IMG/VR virus record: IMGVR_UViG_3300044730_000222
Coordinates: 37,846-101,845 of that record
Direction: 5' to 3' (one strand)
Origin: a virus
Length of the DNA: 64,000 nucleotides
The position numbers were made by a program, and so were the translations under genes. Each line of letters begins with the position of its first letter. The first letter of the stretch is position 1. The notes beneath the pieces are model-generated. The model made no database searches. It saw only the letters and a program-made list of their open reading frames with translations, and had not been told where the DNA came from. This document shows, piece after piece, positions 1 through 9,137 of this stretch.

Positions 1-1
1 T

Positions 2-496
2 TTGTTTGAGCCTAATCCAAAGGTTTGGTCACACTTTCCATTGTTGTGGAGTGCCAATAATTTAGAAATGCCACTTGCCTCTATTCCTGGGTTTGCATCT
101 GATAAAGATAACAAACTTGCACGTATTTATTATAGTGAGTTTCCACCAGAGGCTGATGCACCAATTGAGGCAGCACATGGATTTAAAGAACTGCAATATG
201 AAGCAGACAAGTATGGTCAAACAAAGATTGATACTTTAGTTTATGAAAAGGGATTAAAACCACCTACAGCAATTTCACTTGATGTTGAAGGAAGTGAATG
301 GCGTGTACTTGGCGGAGCAGAAAAGGTTATGAGAGAGTTTAGGCCAAAGATTTGGCTATCTGGTCATCCAGAGTTTATGATGATGTACTGGAAAGAATAT
401 TTGTATGATCTAAGGCAATTCATTAAAGGTATTGGGTATACAGAAACTTTGCTTGATTATCAACATGAGGTTCACCTTTACTATGAATCATGCTAA
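2..496 (+). CDS. FkbM-family SAM-dependent methyltransferase (5' truncated by window edge)
   Basis: FEPNP near the start and SLDVEGSEWRVLGGA, matching the FkbM KIDVEGxE motif. Confidence 0.8.
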   Translation: MFEPNPKVWSHFPLLWSANNLEMPLASIPGFASDKDNKLARIYYSEFPPEADAPIEAAHGFKELQYEADKYGQTKIDTLVYEKGLKPPTAISLDVEGSEWRVLGGAEKVMREFRPKIWLSGHPEFMMMYWKEYLYDLRQFIKGIGYTETLLDYQHEVHLYYESC

Positions 497-1031
497 AACT
501 TTTTGGGATAATGCTGCATTGGATCCAGAAGTAAGATATAAATATATTGCAGATGAATGGGCATTTACTGAAACATTTTTAGATCTTATAGAAAATAATA
601 ACGATAGTTGGAGTAATGTTTTAGAGATTGGTTGTGGAATAGGAAGATTGCTTGATCCACTTTCAGAAAAATATAAAGAATGTAATTTTTATGCAATAGA
701 TATCTCTGATGAAATGATAAAACTTGCACCTAAAAAAGATAATATAAAGTATCAAGAGGTTGCAAACAATCTTGACCTAGTATATTCAATGTTAGTTTTT
801 CAGCATATTGAACATCAAGAAAAAATTAACTATGTAAGACTTGCTTACGATAACTTAAAAAATGGTGGCAACATATATTTTCAATTTGTTATTGGGGAAG
901 AAAATTCACCATACTCTTATCAAACATCTAAGTCAGAAATTCAAAAGATGTTGACTGACATAGGATTTAATAATTTAATTTTTGAAAACCATATGCATCC
1001 ACAATGGATGTTTGTTAAGGCTACAAAATGA
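483..1031 (+). CDS. Class I SAM-dependent methyltransferase
   Basis: VLEIGCGIGRL motif I, AIDISDEMI, YSMLVFQHI; ATG 483 preferred over ORF-track start 432. Confidence 0.85.
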   Translation: MNHAKTFWDNAALDPEVRYKYIADEWAFTETFLDLIENNNDSWSNVLEIGCGIGRLLDPLSEKYKECNFYAIDISDEMIKLAPKKDNIKYQEVANNLDLVYSMLVFQHIEHQEKINYVRLAYDNLKNGGNIYFQFVIGEENSPYSYQTSKSEIQKMLTDIGFNNLIFENHMHPQWMFVKATK

Positions 1032-1876
1032 TTAAAGCCTATCTATATTCTATTGATCCACTTGATTCTGCTGATGGTAAATGGGATTATGGTCTATTAA
1101 AACAAACCTTTGATAGAAATCATATTGAGCAGGTAACTGTAAAGCAGATACCAAATGAAGAACGTGCCTTTGTTGTTATTCCTGGACAGGGAAATGCAGG
1201 GGCAGAAGAAAAAATAAATCAACAACTATCTAATATACAAAGAGTAGTGTTGTTTATTACGGGTGATGAGTCTGCAAAGTTTAATGTAGATAAAATAAAA
1301 CATCCTAATATTAGTATTTGGGTTCAATACCCTCACAAAAAACATGAAAAATATAATAGATTTTTTATAGGTGTTCCACAGCATTTAAAACAAAATCTTC
1401 CAGCCTATCCTAGCAAGAAATATGACGTTTATTTTGGTGGACAGATAACTCATCAACGCCGTAAACAGTTAGCAGAGGCTATGCCAAGCCTTCAAAATGC
1501 CCTTTATAAGCCCACAGAAGGCTTTGCACAGGGAGATACACCCAAAGACTACTACCAACACCTTTCTACAGCCAGAATCGCCCCGTGCCCCGCTGGAGCA
1601 CAGGTTGTTGATACCTTTAGATTTTTTGAAGCAATAGAAATGTTAGCCCTACCAGTAGGAGATCTCATAGATTCAAAGGGTGTAGAAAATGATTATTTTC
1701 ATTATGTATATCAAGCAGATACCCCTATAGTAAAAGTTAAAGATTGGAATATTTTATCTAGTATGGTTCCAGATTTAATTGATCAATACCCTGCAAATAT
1801 GCACAAGGTAGTGTGCTGGTGGATCAAGTACAAAAGAGACTTTGGCATAAAAATAATGGAGCAAGTAAATGAATAA
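1028..1876 (+). CDS. Glycosyltransferase, exostosin/GT47-like
   Basis: KYDVYFGGQ and APCPAG...TFRFFEAIEMLALPV resemble the exostosin C-terminal motif; ATGA coupling to upstream gene. Confidence 0.65.
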   Translation: MIKAYLYSIDPLDSADGKWDYGLLKQTFDRNHIEQVTVKQIPNEERAFVVIPGQGNAGAEEKINQQLSNIQRVVLFITGDESAKFNVDKIKHPNISIWVQYPHKKHEKYNRFFIGVPQHLKQNLPAYPSKKYDVYFGGQITHQRRKQLAEAMPSLQNALYKPTEGFAQGDTPKDYYQHLSTARIAPCPAGAQVVDTFRFFEAIEMLALPVGDLIDSKGVENDYFHYVYQADTPIVKVKDWNILSSMVPDLIDQYPANMHKVVCWWIKYKRDFGIKIMEQVNE

Positions 1877-2627
1877 AAATGATATAACAGTTGTATTAGT
1901 AACTTCTGTATTGCCAAGTCATCCAGACACACATATTATTGATGAAACTATTAGTAGTATTAGATCTCATTTTCCAGATAATGAAATTATTTTACAGATT
2001 GATGGATTAAGGGATGAACAAAAACATCGCAAGGATGCGTATGATGAATGGAAAAATCGTGTGCTTTGGAAATGTATGCATCAATGGAAAAACGTTCTGC
2101 CATTTGTATTTGAAGAACACTGTCATCAAACAACCATGATGTCAAGAACTATTAATGAAATAACAACACCTATTCTTTTGTATGTTGAAGGAGATGCCCC
2201 GCTGGTTCCTGATAGGCATATAGATTGGGACAAATGTTTGTCAATGTTGTCTAGCAATAGAGCATACACAATTAGATTTCATTTTGAAGAAACTATTCCA
2301 GTAGAGCATAATCATTTAATGCTAGGTCACGAAGATGATTTTATGAAAACAATTCAGTGGAGTCAACGACCACACCTTTCTTTTGTAAATTACTATAAAG
2401 AAAGTGTGCTTAGATTTTCCAAACAAAACTTTTTTATTGAAGACATCTTCCATGGTGTGGTTCAAGATGATTATTCTAAATATGGAAATGCTGGTTGGAG
2501 TAGACATAAACTTTGGATATATTATCCAGATGGTGGAAATAAAATAAAAAGATCTTATCACTTGGACGGCAGAGAGGGAACTAGAAAGTTTACTTCAGAT
2601 GATGATGTTTGGGGATACAAAGAATGA
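1869..2627 (+). CDS. GT-A fold (GT2-like) glycosyltransferase
   Basis: ITVVLVTS start, ILQIDG, LYVEGD (DxD-like), late YHLDGR; operon context. Confidence 0.6.
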   Translation: MNKNDITVVLVTSVLPSHPDTHIIDETISSIRSHFPDNEIILQIDGLRDEQKHRKDAYDEWKNRVLWKCMHQWKNVLPFVFEEHCHQTTMMSRTINEITTPILLYVEGDAPLVPDRHIDWDKCLSMLSSNRAYTIRFHFEETIPVEHNHLMLGHEDDFMKTIQWSQRPHLSFVNYYKESVLRFSKQNFFIEDIFHGVVQDDYSKYGNAGWSRHKLWIYYPDGGNKIKRSYHLDGREGTRKFTSDDDVWGYKE

Positions 2628-3655
2628 GATTGGGCATTATTGCAAGATCAGATAACACAGGTCTTGGAAACCAAACAAGAGATTTGGTTACAATGTTAAA
2701 TCCTCATAGAATTATGCTAGTAAACTCTATGAACTTTAACAGAAACAAACAACATCCAGAGTGGTACAACGGATACGAATGTTTTCATGTTCGTGGATTA
2801 CCAAGAACTGGAGATTTAGAGCCTTTTATTCGCAGCGTTGATATTGTTTTAACCTGTGAAACATTTTATAACAATAGTTTTATTGAACTTGCAAGAAGAA
2901 GAAATGTAAAAACAGTTCTTCAATACAACTTTGAGTTTTTGGAGTATATTCATAATCAAAAGTTAGCATTTCCAGACATCATGATCGCTCCTAGTTTGTG
3001 GAACTATGACAAAGTTGCAGAGATTTCTGAAGGCAAAACTAAACTAATTCATCTACCGCCACCAACCAATACAGCAATATTTGATAATGTTAGAAAAATT
3101 AATCTATCAAAAAGCCATGGCAGGCTACTTCATGTCGCTGGCAATCCAGCAACAAAAGATCGTAACGGAACACATAGCATATTAGATATGTTAAAGTATT
3201 CTAAAACAGATTATGAACTTGTTGTTACTGCTCAGAAAGATCTAGGAATTGTTCCTAAAGACTCTAGATTAAAGATAGTGGTAGGCAACTCAGACAACAG
3301 GCAAGACCTTTACTCTGGGTATGATGCAATGGTTTTGCCTCGTAGATATGCAGGCTTATGTCTTCCCATGAATGAAGCACTTATAAGCGGATTGCCAGTT
3401 TTTATGACAAATATATCTCCAAACAACACAATACTTCCTCAAGAGTGGCTTGCAGCATCAGAAAAACATGATGAGTTTAGAGCAAGAACAACTATTGATG
3501 TTTATAATGCGGATCCAAAACATTTAGCAAAGATTGTAGACAACTATATGCACTCTAGAAAGAAAGATGAGATTAAAGAACAAGCAGTTGAAATAGGATT
3601 TAAAAACTTTGCTATGGAAAATCTAAAAGATAAGTATCTTGATATATTAAAATAG
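2624..3655 (+). CDS. GT-B fold (GT4-like) glycosyltransferase
   Basis: DAMVLPRRYAGLCLPMNEALISGLPVFMT matches the GT4 C-terminal signature; ATGA overlap at 2624. Confidence 0.8.
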   Translation: MRLGIIARSDNTGLGNQTRDLVTMLNPHRIMLVNSMNFNRNKQHPEWYNGYECFHVRGLPRTGDLEPFIRSVDIVLTCETFYNNSFIELARRRNVKTVLQYNFEFLEYIHNQKLAFPDIMIAPSLWNYDKVAEISEGKTKLIHLPPPTNTAIFDNVRKINLSKSHGRLLHVAGNPATKDRNGTHSILDMLKYSKTDYELVVTAQKDLGIVPKDSRLKIVVGNSDNRQDLYSGYDAMVLPRRYAGLCLPMNEALISGLPVFMTNISPNNTILPQEWLAASEKHDEFRARTTIDVYNADPKHLAKIVDNYMHSRKKDEIKEQAVEIGFKNFAMENLKDKYLDILK

Positions 3656-3680
3656 GGCGAGTCCATTTCTAGACCCGCCC
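3655..3680 (-). terminator. Intrinsic terminator at the convergence point (possibly bidirectional)
   Basis: Minus strand GGGCGGGTC-TAGAAATG-GACTCGCCC followed by TATTTT, between convergent genes. Confidence 0.75.
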
Positions 3681-3697
3681 CATTATGACTAACTAAA

Positions 3698-3949
3698 TTA
3701 CTTAGCAGCCTTCTTCTTTGCCTTTGCAGACTTGAGAGCCTTATCAACGGCTGCTGCTGCTGGCATACGACCAAATGCTGGATCGTTTGGATTAACTGCA
3801 CGTGCTAGTACTGGGATAACCGCTCCTACGAGTGCTGCCCATAGATCCTTTGGATCTGTTACTCCTGCAACGTATAATGCTGATGCTGCACCTACAACTG
3901 AACGGCCATATGATGCGAGCATTGCCTTGTGTTCTTTTTTAAGTTCCAT
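3698..3949 (-). CDS. Putative holin (actinophage-type small membrane protein)
   Basis: Two hydrophobic segments, NPNDPAFG motif, basic C-tail, AGGAGG RBS. Confidence 0.55.
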   Translation of the reverse strand: MELKKEHKAMLASYGRSVVGAASALYVAGVTDPKDLWAALVGAVIPVLARAVNPNDPAFGRMPAAAAVDKALKSAKAKKKAAK

Positions 3950-3958
3950 TTTTTCCTC

Positions 3959-4117
3959 CTAGGATAGAACCTTTATTAGTATAGCATAACCAGCCCAAAG
4001 ACCAATAATTCCTGCGACTCCCGCAAAAACTGGTGGCGCTGGGACTGGTAATTTGAATGCTGCGAATATTGCGCCACATCCAAAACCTGTTAACACTGAT
4101 AAGATTATTTGATTCAA
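3959..4117 (-). CDS. XapX/DUF1427-like small membrane protein (52 aa, not in ORF track)
   Basis: Manual translation MNQIILSVLTGFGCGAIFAAFKLPVPAPPVFAGVAGIIGLWAGYAILIKVLS; TTG start overlaps upstream TGA; PVPAPP...AG..GI.G signature. Confidence 0.75.
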   Translation of the reverse strand: MNQIILSVLTGFGCGAIFAAFKLPVPAPPVFAGVAGIIGLWAGYAILIKVLS

Positions 4118-4329
4118 AACTTTTCCCCCTTGTTTTTAGCATCTGGATCTGTTTCAGGATTGTCTAGAGGAGTTGGTGCGGTAGCCAAAGCACCACACTC
4201 ATGACACTGAATATCTAAATGGTACATTCCTACAGTATAGGTCTCAGGATCAAAAGAAACAAGTGCTCTAAACAAAGTTCCTCCACAGTTTGGGCACACG
4301 CAGGTGGGAATACCCCTAGCGTCTATCAT
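4114..4329 (-). CDS. Small zinc-ribbon protein
   Basis: CPNCG...CHECG. Confidence 0.65.
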   Translation of the reverse strand: MIDARGIPTCVCPNCGGTLFRALVSFDPETYTVGMYHLDIQCHECGALATAPTPLDNPETDPDAKNKGEKF

Positions 4330-4750
4330 TAGAACTTTCTGGTAAGAATTTTTTTAACTGTTCAATTTCTTTAGAAATTTTCTTAATTGTAAAATCATGT
4401 GAGGGAATTATACCTTCAATAACCGATCCATACTTATTGTAGTATTCTAATTGAGGGCTAATTTCTTTTATAAATTTCTGTAATCCATTTTGCACATCTT
4501 CAATATACTGATAAGCCCAATCTCTAGAATCAGAAAGAAACTTGATAAAGTTTTCTTTATGAATTTCTTCATCGCTTCTTTCTAGTCCCACACTTTCTCT
4601 GTTGTTAACTAAAAACTCTTCTAAGGTTGCTTGTGATATATAGAGTTTAGCAAAAGCCTTGGCTAATTTTCTTATCTTTATAATAGAAAAAATGAAGGCA
4701 CTAAAAAAAGAGATGCTTGCCACCCCTAAAACAACGACTAGTATTTCCAT
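4316..4750 (-). CDS. Hypothetical protein with N-terminal membrane anchor
   Basis: Hydrophobic first ~23 aa; RBS and consensus promoter upstream. Confidence 0.6.
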   Translation of the reverse strand: MEILVVVLGVASISFFSAFIFSIIKIRKLAKAFAKLYISQATLEEFLVNNRESVGLERSDEEIHKENFIKFLSDSRDWAYQYIEDVQNGLQKFIKEISPQLEYYNKYGSVIEGIIPSHDFTIKKISKEIEQLKKFLPESSNDRR

Positions 4751-4752
4751 AC

Positions 4753-5703
4753 CTATCTCTTTTCTGACAGTACTATTGTACTATCATTCTCAGAATTTGT
4801 CAAACCATACATTTTCTTAAAGTCAAAACCTATAAGTTTTTCGTATGCCTTTAAATGCCTATAGTTTCCAGCACCAAAGGTACCTTTTTCTATACCGCAT
4901 AAAACACGCTTTTGCTTATCTTTTGAGATATCCTCTATCTCTTTCCATGATAATTTTCTTATATTACGGTCTTTCCATATTTTTTTATAGTTACCACGGT
5001 GATAAAAATGATGAAGTATTGTCACGCTTGGAGAATAAATATCCCAACCTCTTGTCCAAGCCCTCATAGCAAAACATATTTCTTCTCCAAAGAATGATAT
5101 CTCTGGATCATATGGAACTTCTTCTACAATGCTTCCAAGGGTAAAAACAAAACCAGCAAGTATGGTGCTTGAAACTTCTGGATAGGATTTATTCTTGTCG
5201 GACAGTTCAACTCTTTTAGCCGTCCACTCATTTCTCCTGTTTAGGCTTGGCACTTGTTTAGTTGCATAAGGGGGCTTGTCTTTGTCTTTTGTAATGTAAC
5301 TAATAACATTGTTTGTTTCAACATAAAATCCTGGTGGAAAATGAGACAAGATTATATTTTTATTTTTAGCAATTTCTTGAGCCTTTTGTAATTGACTGAT
5401 GCACATTATATCCCAATTCTTTTCAAAAATTGTATGCGAATCAATCTGAAGATAATAGTCTTGCTCAGAATAAAGAGACATTGCTTTTGCTCTTGCAAAC
5501 CCCGCACCCCTTGCTTCTCTTGGGTGCATAGTAATAATCTTAGAATTTTTTAACCAAGACAAATCTGGAATTTCTTTATCAAAGTCTTGTATTACTAAAC
5601 CAAAATATATTTCATTTAGTTTTGATGCGTTATCAATAGCAGACTTGATAGTTCTAACTAACTCAGGATCACGATAACTTGCTATTGATATAAAAATGCT
5701 CAT
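4753..5703 (-). CDS. GT60-like polypeptide GlcNAc transferase (Skp1 GlcNAcT-like)
   Basis: IFISIASYRDPEL, ARGAGFAR, YYLQIDSH, FFGEEI..AMRAWTRGWDIYSP. Confidence 0.8.
   Translation of the reverse strand: MSIFISIASYRDPELVRTIKSAIDNASKLNEIYFGLVIQDFDKEIPDLSWLKNSKIITMHPREARGAGFARAKAMSLYSEQDYYLQIDSHTIFEKNWDIMCISQLQKAQEIAKNKNIILSHFPPGFYVETNNVISYITKDKDKPPYATKQVPSLNRRNEWTAKRVELSDKNKSYPEVSSTILAGFVFTLGSIVEEVPYDPEISFFGEEICFAMRAWTRGWDIYSPSVTILHHFYHRGNYKKIWKDRNIRKLSWKEIEDISKDKQKRVLCGIEKGTFGAGNYRHLKAYEKLIGFDFKKMYGLTNSENDSTIVLSEKR
4775..4803 (-). promoter_or_regulatory. Sigma70/SigA-type promoter
   Basis: TTGACA-17 nt-TACAAT. Confidence 0.75.
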
Positions 5704-6191
5704 TGATTATGGGTTGGCCAGTAATATTTACATGGCTCTTTGCGGTCTGGGCAGCATGGAGCATTATTAATACTAGTTACTGCATATTGAAAGTGTACAT
5801 AATACAAAGGATCTTTCTTAAAAAGATTAGCACGATGAGTTGTCACAACCCTAAGAAGTTTATTGTCATCATGCCAGAATGCTGGCACTTCATTACCCCA
5901 GTCTTCCCAACACTGATCTTTTAGATTATTAAGATTAGCCTCATTGTTTTCTGTTTTAATACCACGAAACTTTGCTTGAGCAATCATAGCCTGAACATAC
6001 TCCCACAGACCACGCTCATATCCACGCCACATTAGAACTGCTGGATGATTGCGCCAACCACCAGTTTTATATTTACCAGATAATACATTAAGAATTTGAT
6101 AGCCCTCTAATATCTGTTTATTTAGTCTCTTATTATCAAGCATGTGAGCAGATACATGAAAATCTTTTTGTGGTAAAAATGTTTGCACCAT
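5700..6191 (-). CDS. MSMEG_6728-like / pyrimidine-dimer DNA glycosylase (T4 endonuclease V-like)
   Basis: QTFLP..DF..SA..LD.KRL.KQ..E..QIL, GWRNHPAVLMWRG, HRANL. Confidence 0.8.
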   Translation of the reverse strand: MVQTFLPQKDFHVSAHMLDNKRLNKQILEGYQILNVLSGKYKTGGWRNHPAVLMWRGYERGLWEYVQAMIAQAKFRGIKTENNEANLNNLKDQCWEDWGNEVPAFWHDDNKLLRVVTTHRANLFKKDPLYYVHFQYAVTSINNAPCCPDRKEPCKYYWPTHNQ

Positions 6192-6210
6192 ATCTCCTTT
6201 TTAATAAACA

Positions 6211-6239
6211 ACTATACACTGTTTTGTGTATAAAATCAA
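6211..6239 (-). promoter_or_regulatory. Sigma70-type promoter with overlapping palindrome
   Basis: TTGATT-17 nt-TATAGT; TATACAC-N6-GTGTATA at 6213-6232. Confidence 0.6.
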
Positions 6240-6242
6240 ATA

Positions 6243-6944
6243 CTACTTAAATATTTTTCTTGCTCTTTTTGATGAGTAATATCCATAAATTTTTGTTTTT
6301 AACTTATCAATTTCAAATAATGTTTTATCCTTTCCAGGATTTGTAAATTCAGACTCCCAAGACTCTCTTTTAAATGGTATAAGTTGAACCATAGGTGTGC
6401 CTTTTTCAATTACTCCCTCAAAACCATCTTTGATAAAAAATGGACAGTTTATCGGAGTAGTTAAAATATCTGTATCAACAATACCAGCAATTGATCTTAT
6501 TGGTAGATTCTCATATGCTGGTGGATGAATAAACATCGTTGACCAGCCTGGTGGAGTTTTTATGTTCCATCCATGCAAATACTTAAATGCTGGCGTACTA
6601 AATCCATCTGGTATTCTGAAACCAGAAAGTTGCTCATTAGGCCATGCGTCAATTATTGGCTCAGATATTTCTATATGGCTAATCAAGGGTTGATAGTTTA
6701 CTTGTCTAACTAAAATATCTGAGCATAGCGTTATTATATAGCCAGAAGTGAACATGTCAATGGTTGGAGCGCATTGTTTTACCGTTATATTTGCTGCTGG
6801 ATTTATTACAAGTTCTTTGTTTCCAATATACTTTGAAATATTTTTCCACCACTCTGGAACAAGTTTTGCTGCAGGAATAGGCCTTTCTCTAACATTAAAA
6901 ACATGATCATTTTTTGCTTCAAAAATAATTTTGTTTGCTTTCAT
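6243..6944 (-). CDS. DUF6065-like / dUTPase-fold protein, paralog 1
   Basis: P.PA.K..P.WWK, KQCAP..D...SGY, KTPPGWS, GIVDTD, KGTPMVQLIPFKR. Confidence 0.55.
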   Translation of the reverse strand: MKANKIIFEAKNDHVFNVRERPIPAAKLVPEWWKNISKYIGNKELVINPAANITVKQCAPTIDMFTSGYIITLCSDILVRQVNYQPLISHIEISEPIIDAWPNEQLSGFRIPDGFSTPAFKYLHGWNIKTPPGWSTMFIHPPAYENLPIRSIAGIVDTDILTTPINCPFFIKDGFEGVIEKGTPMVQLIPFKRESWESEFTNPGKDKTLFEIDKLKTKIYGYYSSKRARKIFK

Positions 6945-7075
6945 TCTGCAATTGCCATTTCTTCACACCTAGTGCACATTTTATAATTGTTGCCTGTAAA
7001 AGGGCACTTGCCAATTTCAACAAAAGAATGATCTTTTACTATGCAAATAAAAGAATTGAGTATATTACGAATCAT
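6941..7075 (-). CDS. Small Cys/His-rich protein (44 aa, DUF1660-like; not in ORF track)
   Basis: MIRNILNSFICIVKDHSFVEIGKCPFTGNNYKMCTRCEEMAIAE; ATGA overlaps at both ends. Confidence 0.6.
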   Translation of the reverse strand: MIRNILNSFICIVKDHSFVEIGKCPFTGNNYKMCTRCEEMAIAE

Positions 7076-7302
7076 CGTATAACCTCTCTAGTTACTAACA
7101 CAATAGCACCCTCCATCTCTAAAGCCTTTTTTACCATAGCAACGTATTTCACTGCGTCTAGTTTTTCATCATGACTCATATGAATAAAAGACCTTTCATC
7201 TAGTTTTATCGTAATAAAAGCCCCATTGTCAATAAGATCAACACCGAAATTTTTGGGTGCAGATATAGAATGAAAAGCCCTACGCATATCATTTGTATAC
7301 AC
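7072..7302 (-). CDS. Hypothetical protein
   Basis: GTG just after the WhiB stop with GGAG RBS; fills the gene gap. Confidence 0.55.
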   Translation of the reverse strand: MYTNDMRRAFHSISAPKNFGVDLIDNGAFITIKLDERSFIHMSHDEKLDAVKYVAMVKKALEMEGAIVLVTREVIR

Positions 7303-7304
7303 AA

Positions 7305-7586
7305 TTACTCCATTGTTAATGCTTGCCAGGTATAAGACCAATCTTTTTTAGTCTTATGATTGTTAAACTCTTTAGATATTTCTCCGCTTTCTAGATAAAT
7401 ACCGCCCCAAACGCCCCACTCTTTACCAGACACACCAACAGCAAAACATTGTCTTGCTACTGGGCATGTTCTACAAAGAGCATCTACAAATTCTCTTGAC
7501 TCTAAATTTTCTTCATAGTTATCAAAAAATATATTTGTGTCAGATCCAAGACATTCAGCATTATCTTTCCATAAATGCTGTTTCAT
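7305..7586 (-). CDS. whiB: WhiB-family Fe-S transcription factor
   Basis: W...A.C, CRTCPVARQC, GVWGG. Confidence 0.92.
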   Translation of the reverse strand: MKQHLWKDNAECLGSDTNIFFDNYEENLESREFVDALCRTCPVARQCFAVGVSGKEWGVWGGIYLESGEISKEFNNHKTKKDWSYTWQALTME

Positions 7587-7589
7587 GGC

Positions 7590-7799
7590 TTATCCCTTAT
7601 ACTTGTTCGGAATATCCCATCCATTGCGAGTAACTGTGTAAATGCGCTGAACATACCAGACTCCATCTACCCTAACCCCATTGACGGCAGTACGACCTGC
7701 TTCAGAACGTTTACGATCCGCTACATCCCAGCCAACCCAATATAGGTTGTTGTTGCGAGCAACGATCTTTTCCATTCTTTCTAAATTATTTACAATCAT
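7590..7799 (-). CDS. Hypothetical protein
   Basis: GGAG RBS, tight operon packing. Confidence 0.6.
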   Translation of the reverse strand: MIVNNLERMEKIVARNNNLYWVGWDVADRKRSEAGRTAVNGVRVDGVWYVQRIYTVTRNGWDIPNKYKG

Positions 7800-7807
7800 T
7801 GTTTCTC

Positions 7808-8158
7808 CTAATATCTAAAAATTCCTACTTCAACATTTTTTAGTTCTGCTTCAGCAACCAATTTTGATATAGGCTGTTTTGGCTTACTTAAGAATGCAAA
7901 GTAATTTATGTATTCCATATTCTTACTAATCCAAGAAGGAGGAACTTTGTAGTTTTTTATTTTCATTCCACGGGCCTTCATACCACGTTCAGAAAGATTA
8001 CAAAATTCTAAAACCATAGAATTAATTTTTACTGGGCCAGCAGAATAAATATTTAGTTCTTTGTCTTCGCTATTCATGCTAGACATCGCTACACCCATAG
8101 CACGTAAAAATACATTATAGTCACTAAAATCACTAGTGCCTTGAACTGCTACTATCAT
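7808..8158 (-). CDS. SLOG/DUF2493-like protein
   Basis: MIVAVQGTSDFSDY resembles the YspA/DUF2493 N-terminus; small alpha/beta protein. Confidence 0.45.
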   Translation of the reverse strand: MIVAVQGTSDFSDYNVFLRAMGVAMSSMNSEDKELNIYSAGPVKINSMVLEFCNLSERGMKARGMKIKNYKVPPSWISKNMEYINYFAFLSKPKQPISKLVAEAELKNVEVGIFRY

Positions 8159-8161
8159 TCT

Positions 8162-8542
8162 CTACCCCCTTTTTAAATTATCCAATACAAACATCATTTT
8201 GTCAACATCTTGTTGAGACATTTTTGATGTATCAACTGGCTCAGCATTAGCAAAATCTGGAGAATCTTTTATTAGTTCTGCAGTATAAAAAATATTATCT
8301 GCTACCCAATATGCTCTGTCTTCAATTACTACTACCTTTATTGAATTTTTTCTTGCATGTTTTTTCAATTGAGAATCTGGCTTTTCTTCCATCTTCTCTG
8401 GAACATATCTTCTTAAAAGATTGTGCATATCGCTCTGACTATGCATAACACTTTTTGCAGATATCTTACTTTTTTGATTAACTATAACAATTATAGCAAA
8501 GGACACTATAAAAGTCAATATGATTGACCATAAATAGTCCAT
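8162..8542 (-). CDS. Hypothetical protein with N-terminal transmembrane helix
   Basis: Hydrophobic residues 4-21. Confidence 0.6.
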   Translation of the reverse strand: MDYLWSIILTFIVSFAIIVIVNQKSKISAKSVMHSQSDMHNLLRRYVPEKMEEKPDSQLKKHARKNSIKVVVIEDRAYWVADNIFYTAELIKDSPDFANAEPVDTSKMSQQDVDKMMFVLDNLKRG

Positions 8543-8552
8543 TTATTTCCTA

Positions 8553-8723
8553 CTACTCAGATTTTGTTTTTGTTGTTTTAATTGCTGGAACTGGCGCAGC
8601 CTGATTAATGATTAGTTTGTTTAACTTCAATTGAAGTTGTAAAACTTGAAATTCTAGATCAGATGCTTTTTGTTTGTAGAAGTTAACTAATTGTTTAACT
8701 TCATCAATACCTAAGTCTTCCAT
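8553..8723 (-). CDS. Small coiled-coil protein (56 aa, not in ORF track)
   Basis: MEDLGIDEVKQLVNFYKQKASDLEFQVLQLQLKLNKLIINQAAPVPAIKTTKTKSE; fills the gap, G-rich RBS. Confidence 0.6.
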   Translation of the reverse strand: MEDLGIDEVKQLVNFYKQKASDLEFQVLQLQLKLNKLIINQAAPVPAIKTTKTKSE

Positions 8724-8726
8724 TGC

Positions 8727-9137
8727 CTACCCCCTTTTTGTGCTAAATGCAGAACCCTCCCAGGTCTTTTCCGCTTTGCGCTTTTCACGCTCTACGATTG
8801 CACGAGACCAAGAAAATCCTGCGTCTCCACCCCAAGCATCCCACATAATCCTACCATTTGAAGGATTACTATTATTATAGAAGTCTTTTCCCTTTTTGTC
8901 AACTTCATGACGAGAAAAGAAAGAAAACATTCTTTTTACAGTAGATAATGACATTGATCTACCAGCAACAATATCTGTGGCACGACCCCAACCAACTGGG
9001 GTTCCAGCACCAGTTGCCTTGCCCTCTTCTTTCCAGCGAAGGGCACGTCGTGCTGCTGATTTCATACCAGATGTAGGGGTATATGTTTCTGCTTTATGAA
9101 CATCTGATGGTTGTACTACCTTTGTTCTACTTTCCAT
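8727..9137 (-). CDS. Conserved phage protein, candidate internal head protein
   Basis: TPVGWGRA...LSTVKRMFSFFSRHE...GRIMWDAWGGDAG domain; C-terminal KTWEGSAF; GGAG RBS favours ATG 9137. Confidence 0.55.
   Translation of the reverse strand: MESRTKVVQPSDVHKAETYTPTSGMKSAARRALRWKEEGKATGAGTPVGWGRATDIVAGRSMSLSTVKRMFSFFSRHEVDKKGKDFYNNSNPSNGRIMWDAWGGDAGFSWSRAIVEREKRKAEKTWEGSAFSTKRG

Noticed and set aside
3939-4142. 67-aa ORF from the track
   Set aside because: An overlapping frame encodes a recognisable XapX-like protein with RBS and stop/start coupling.
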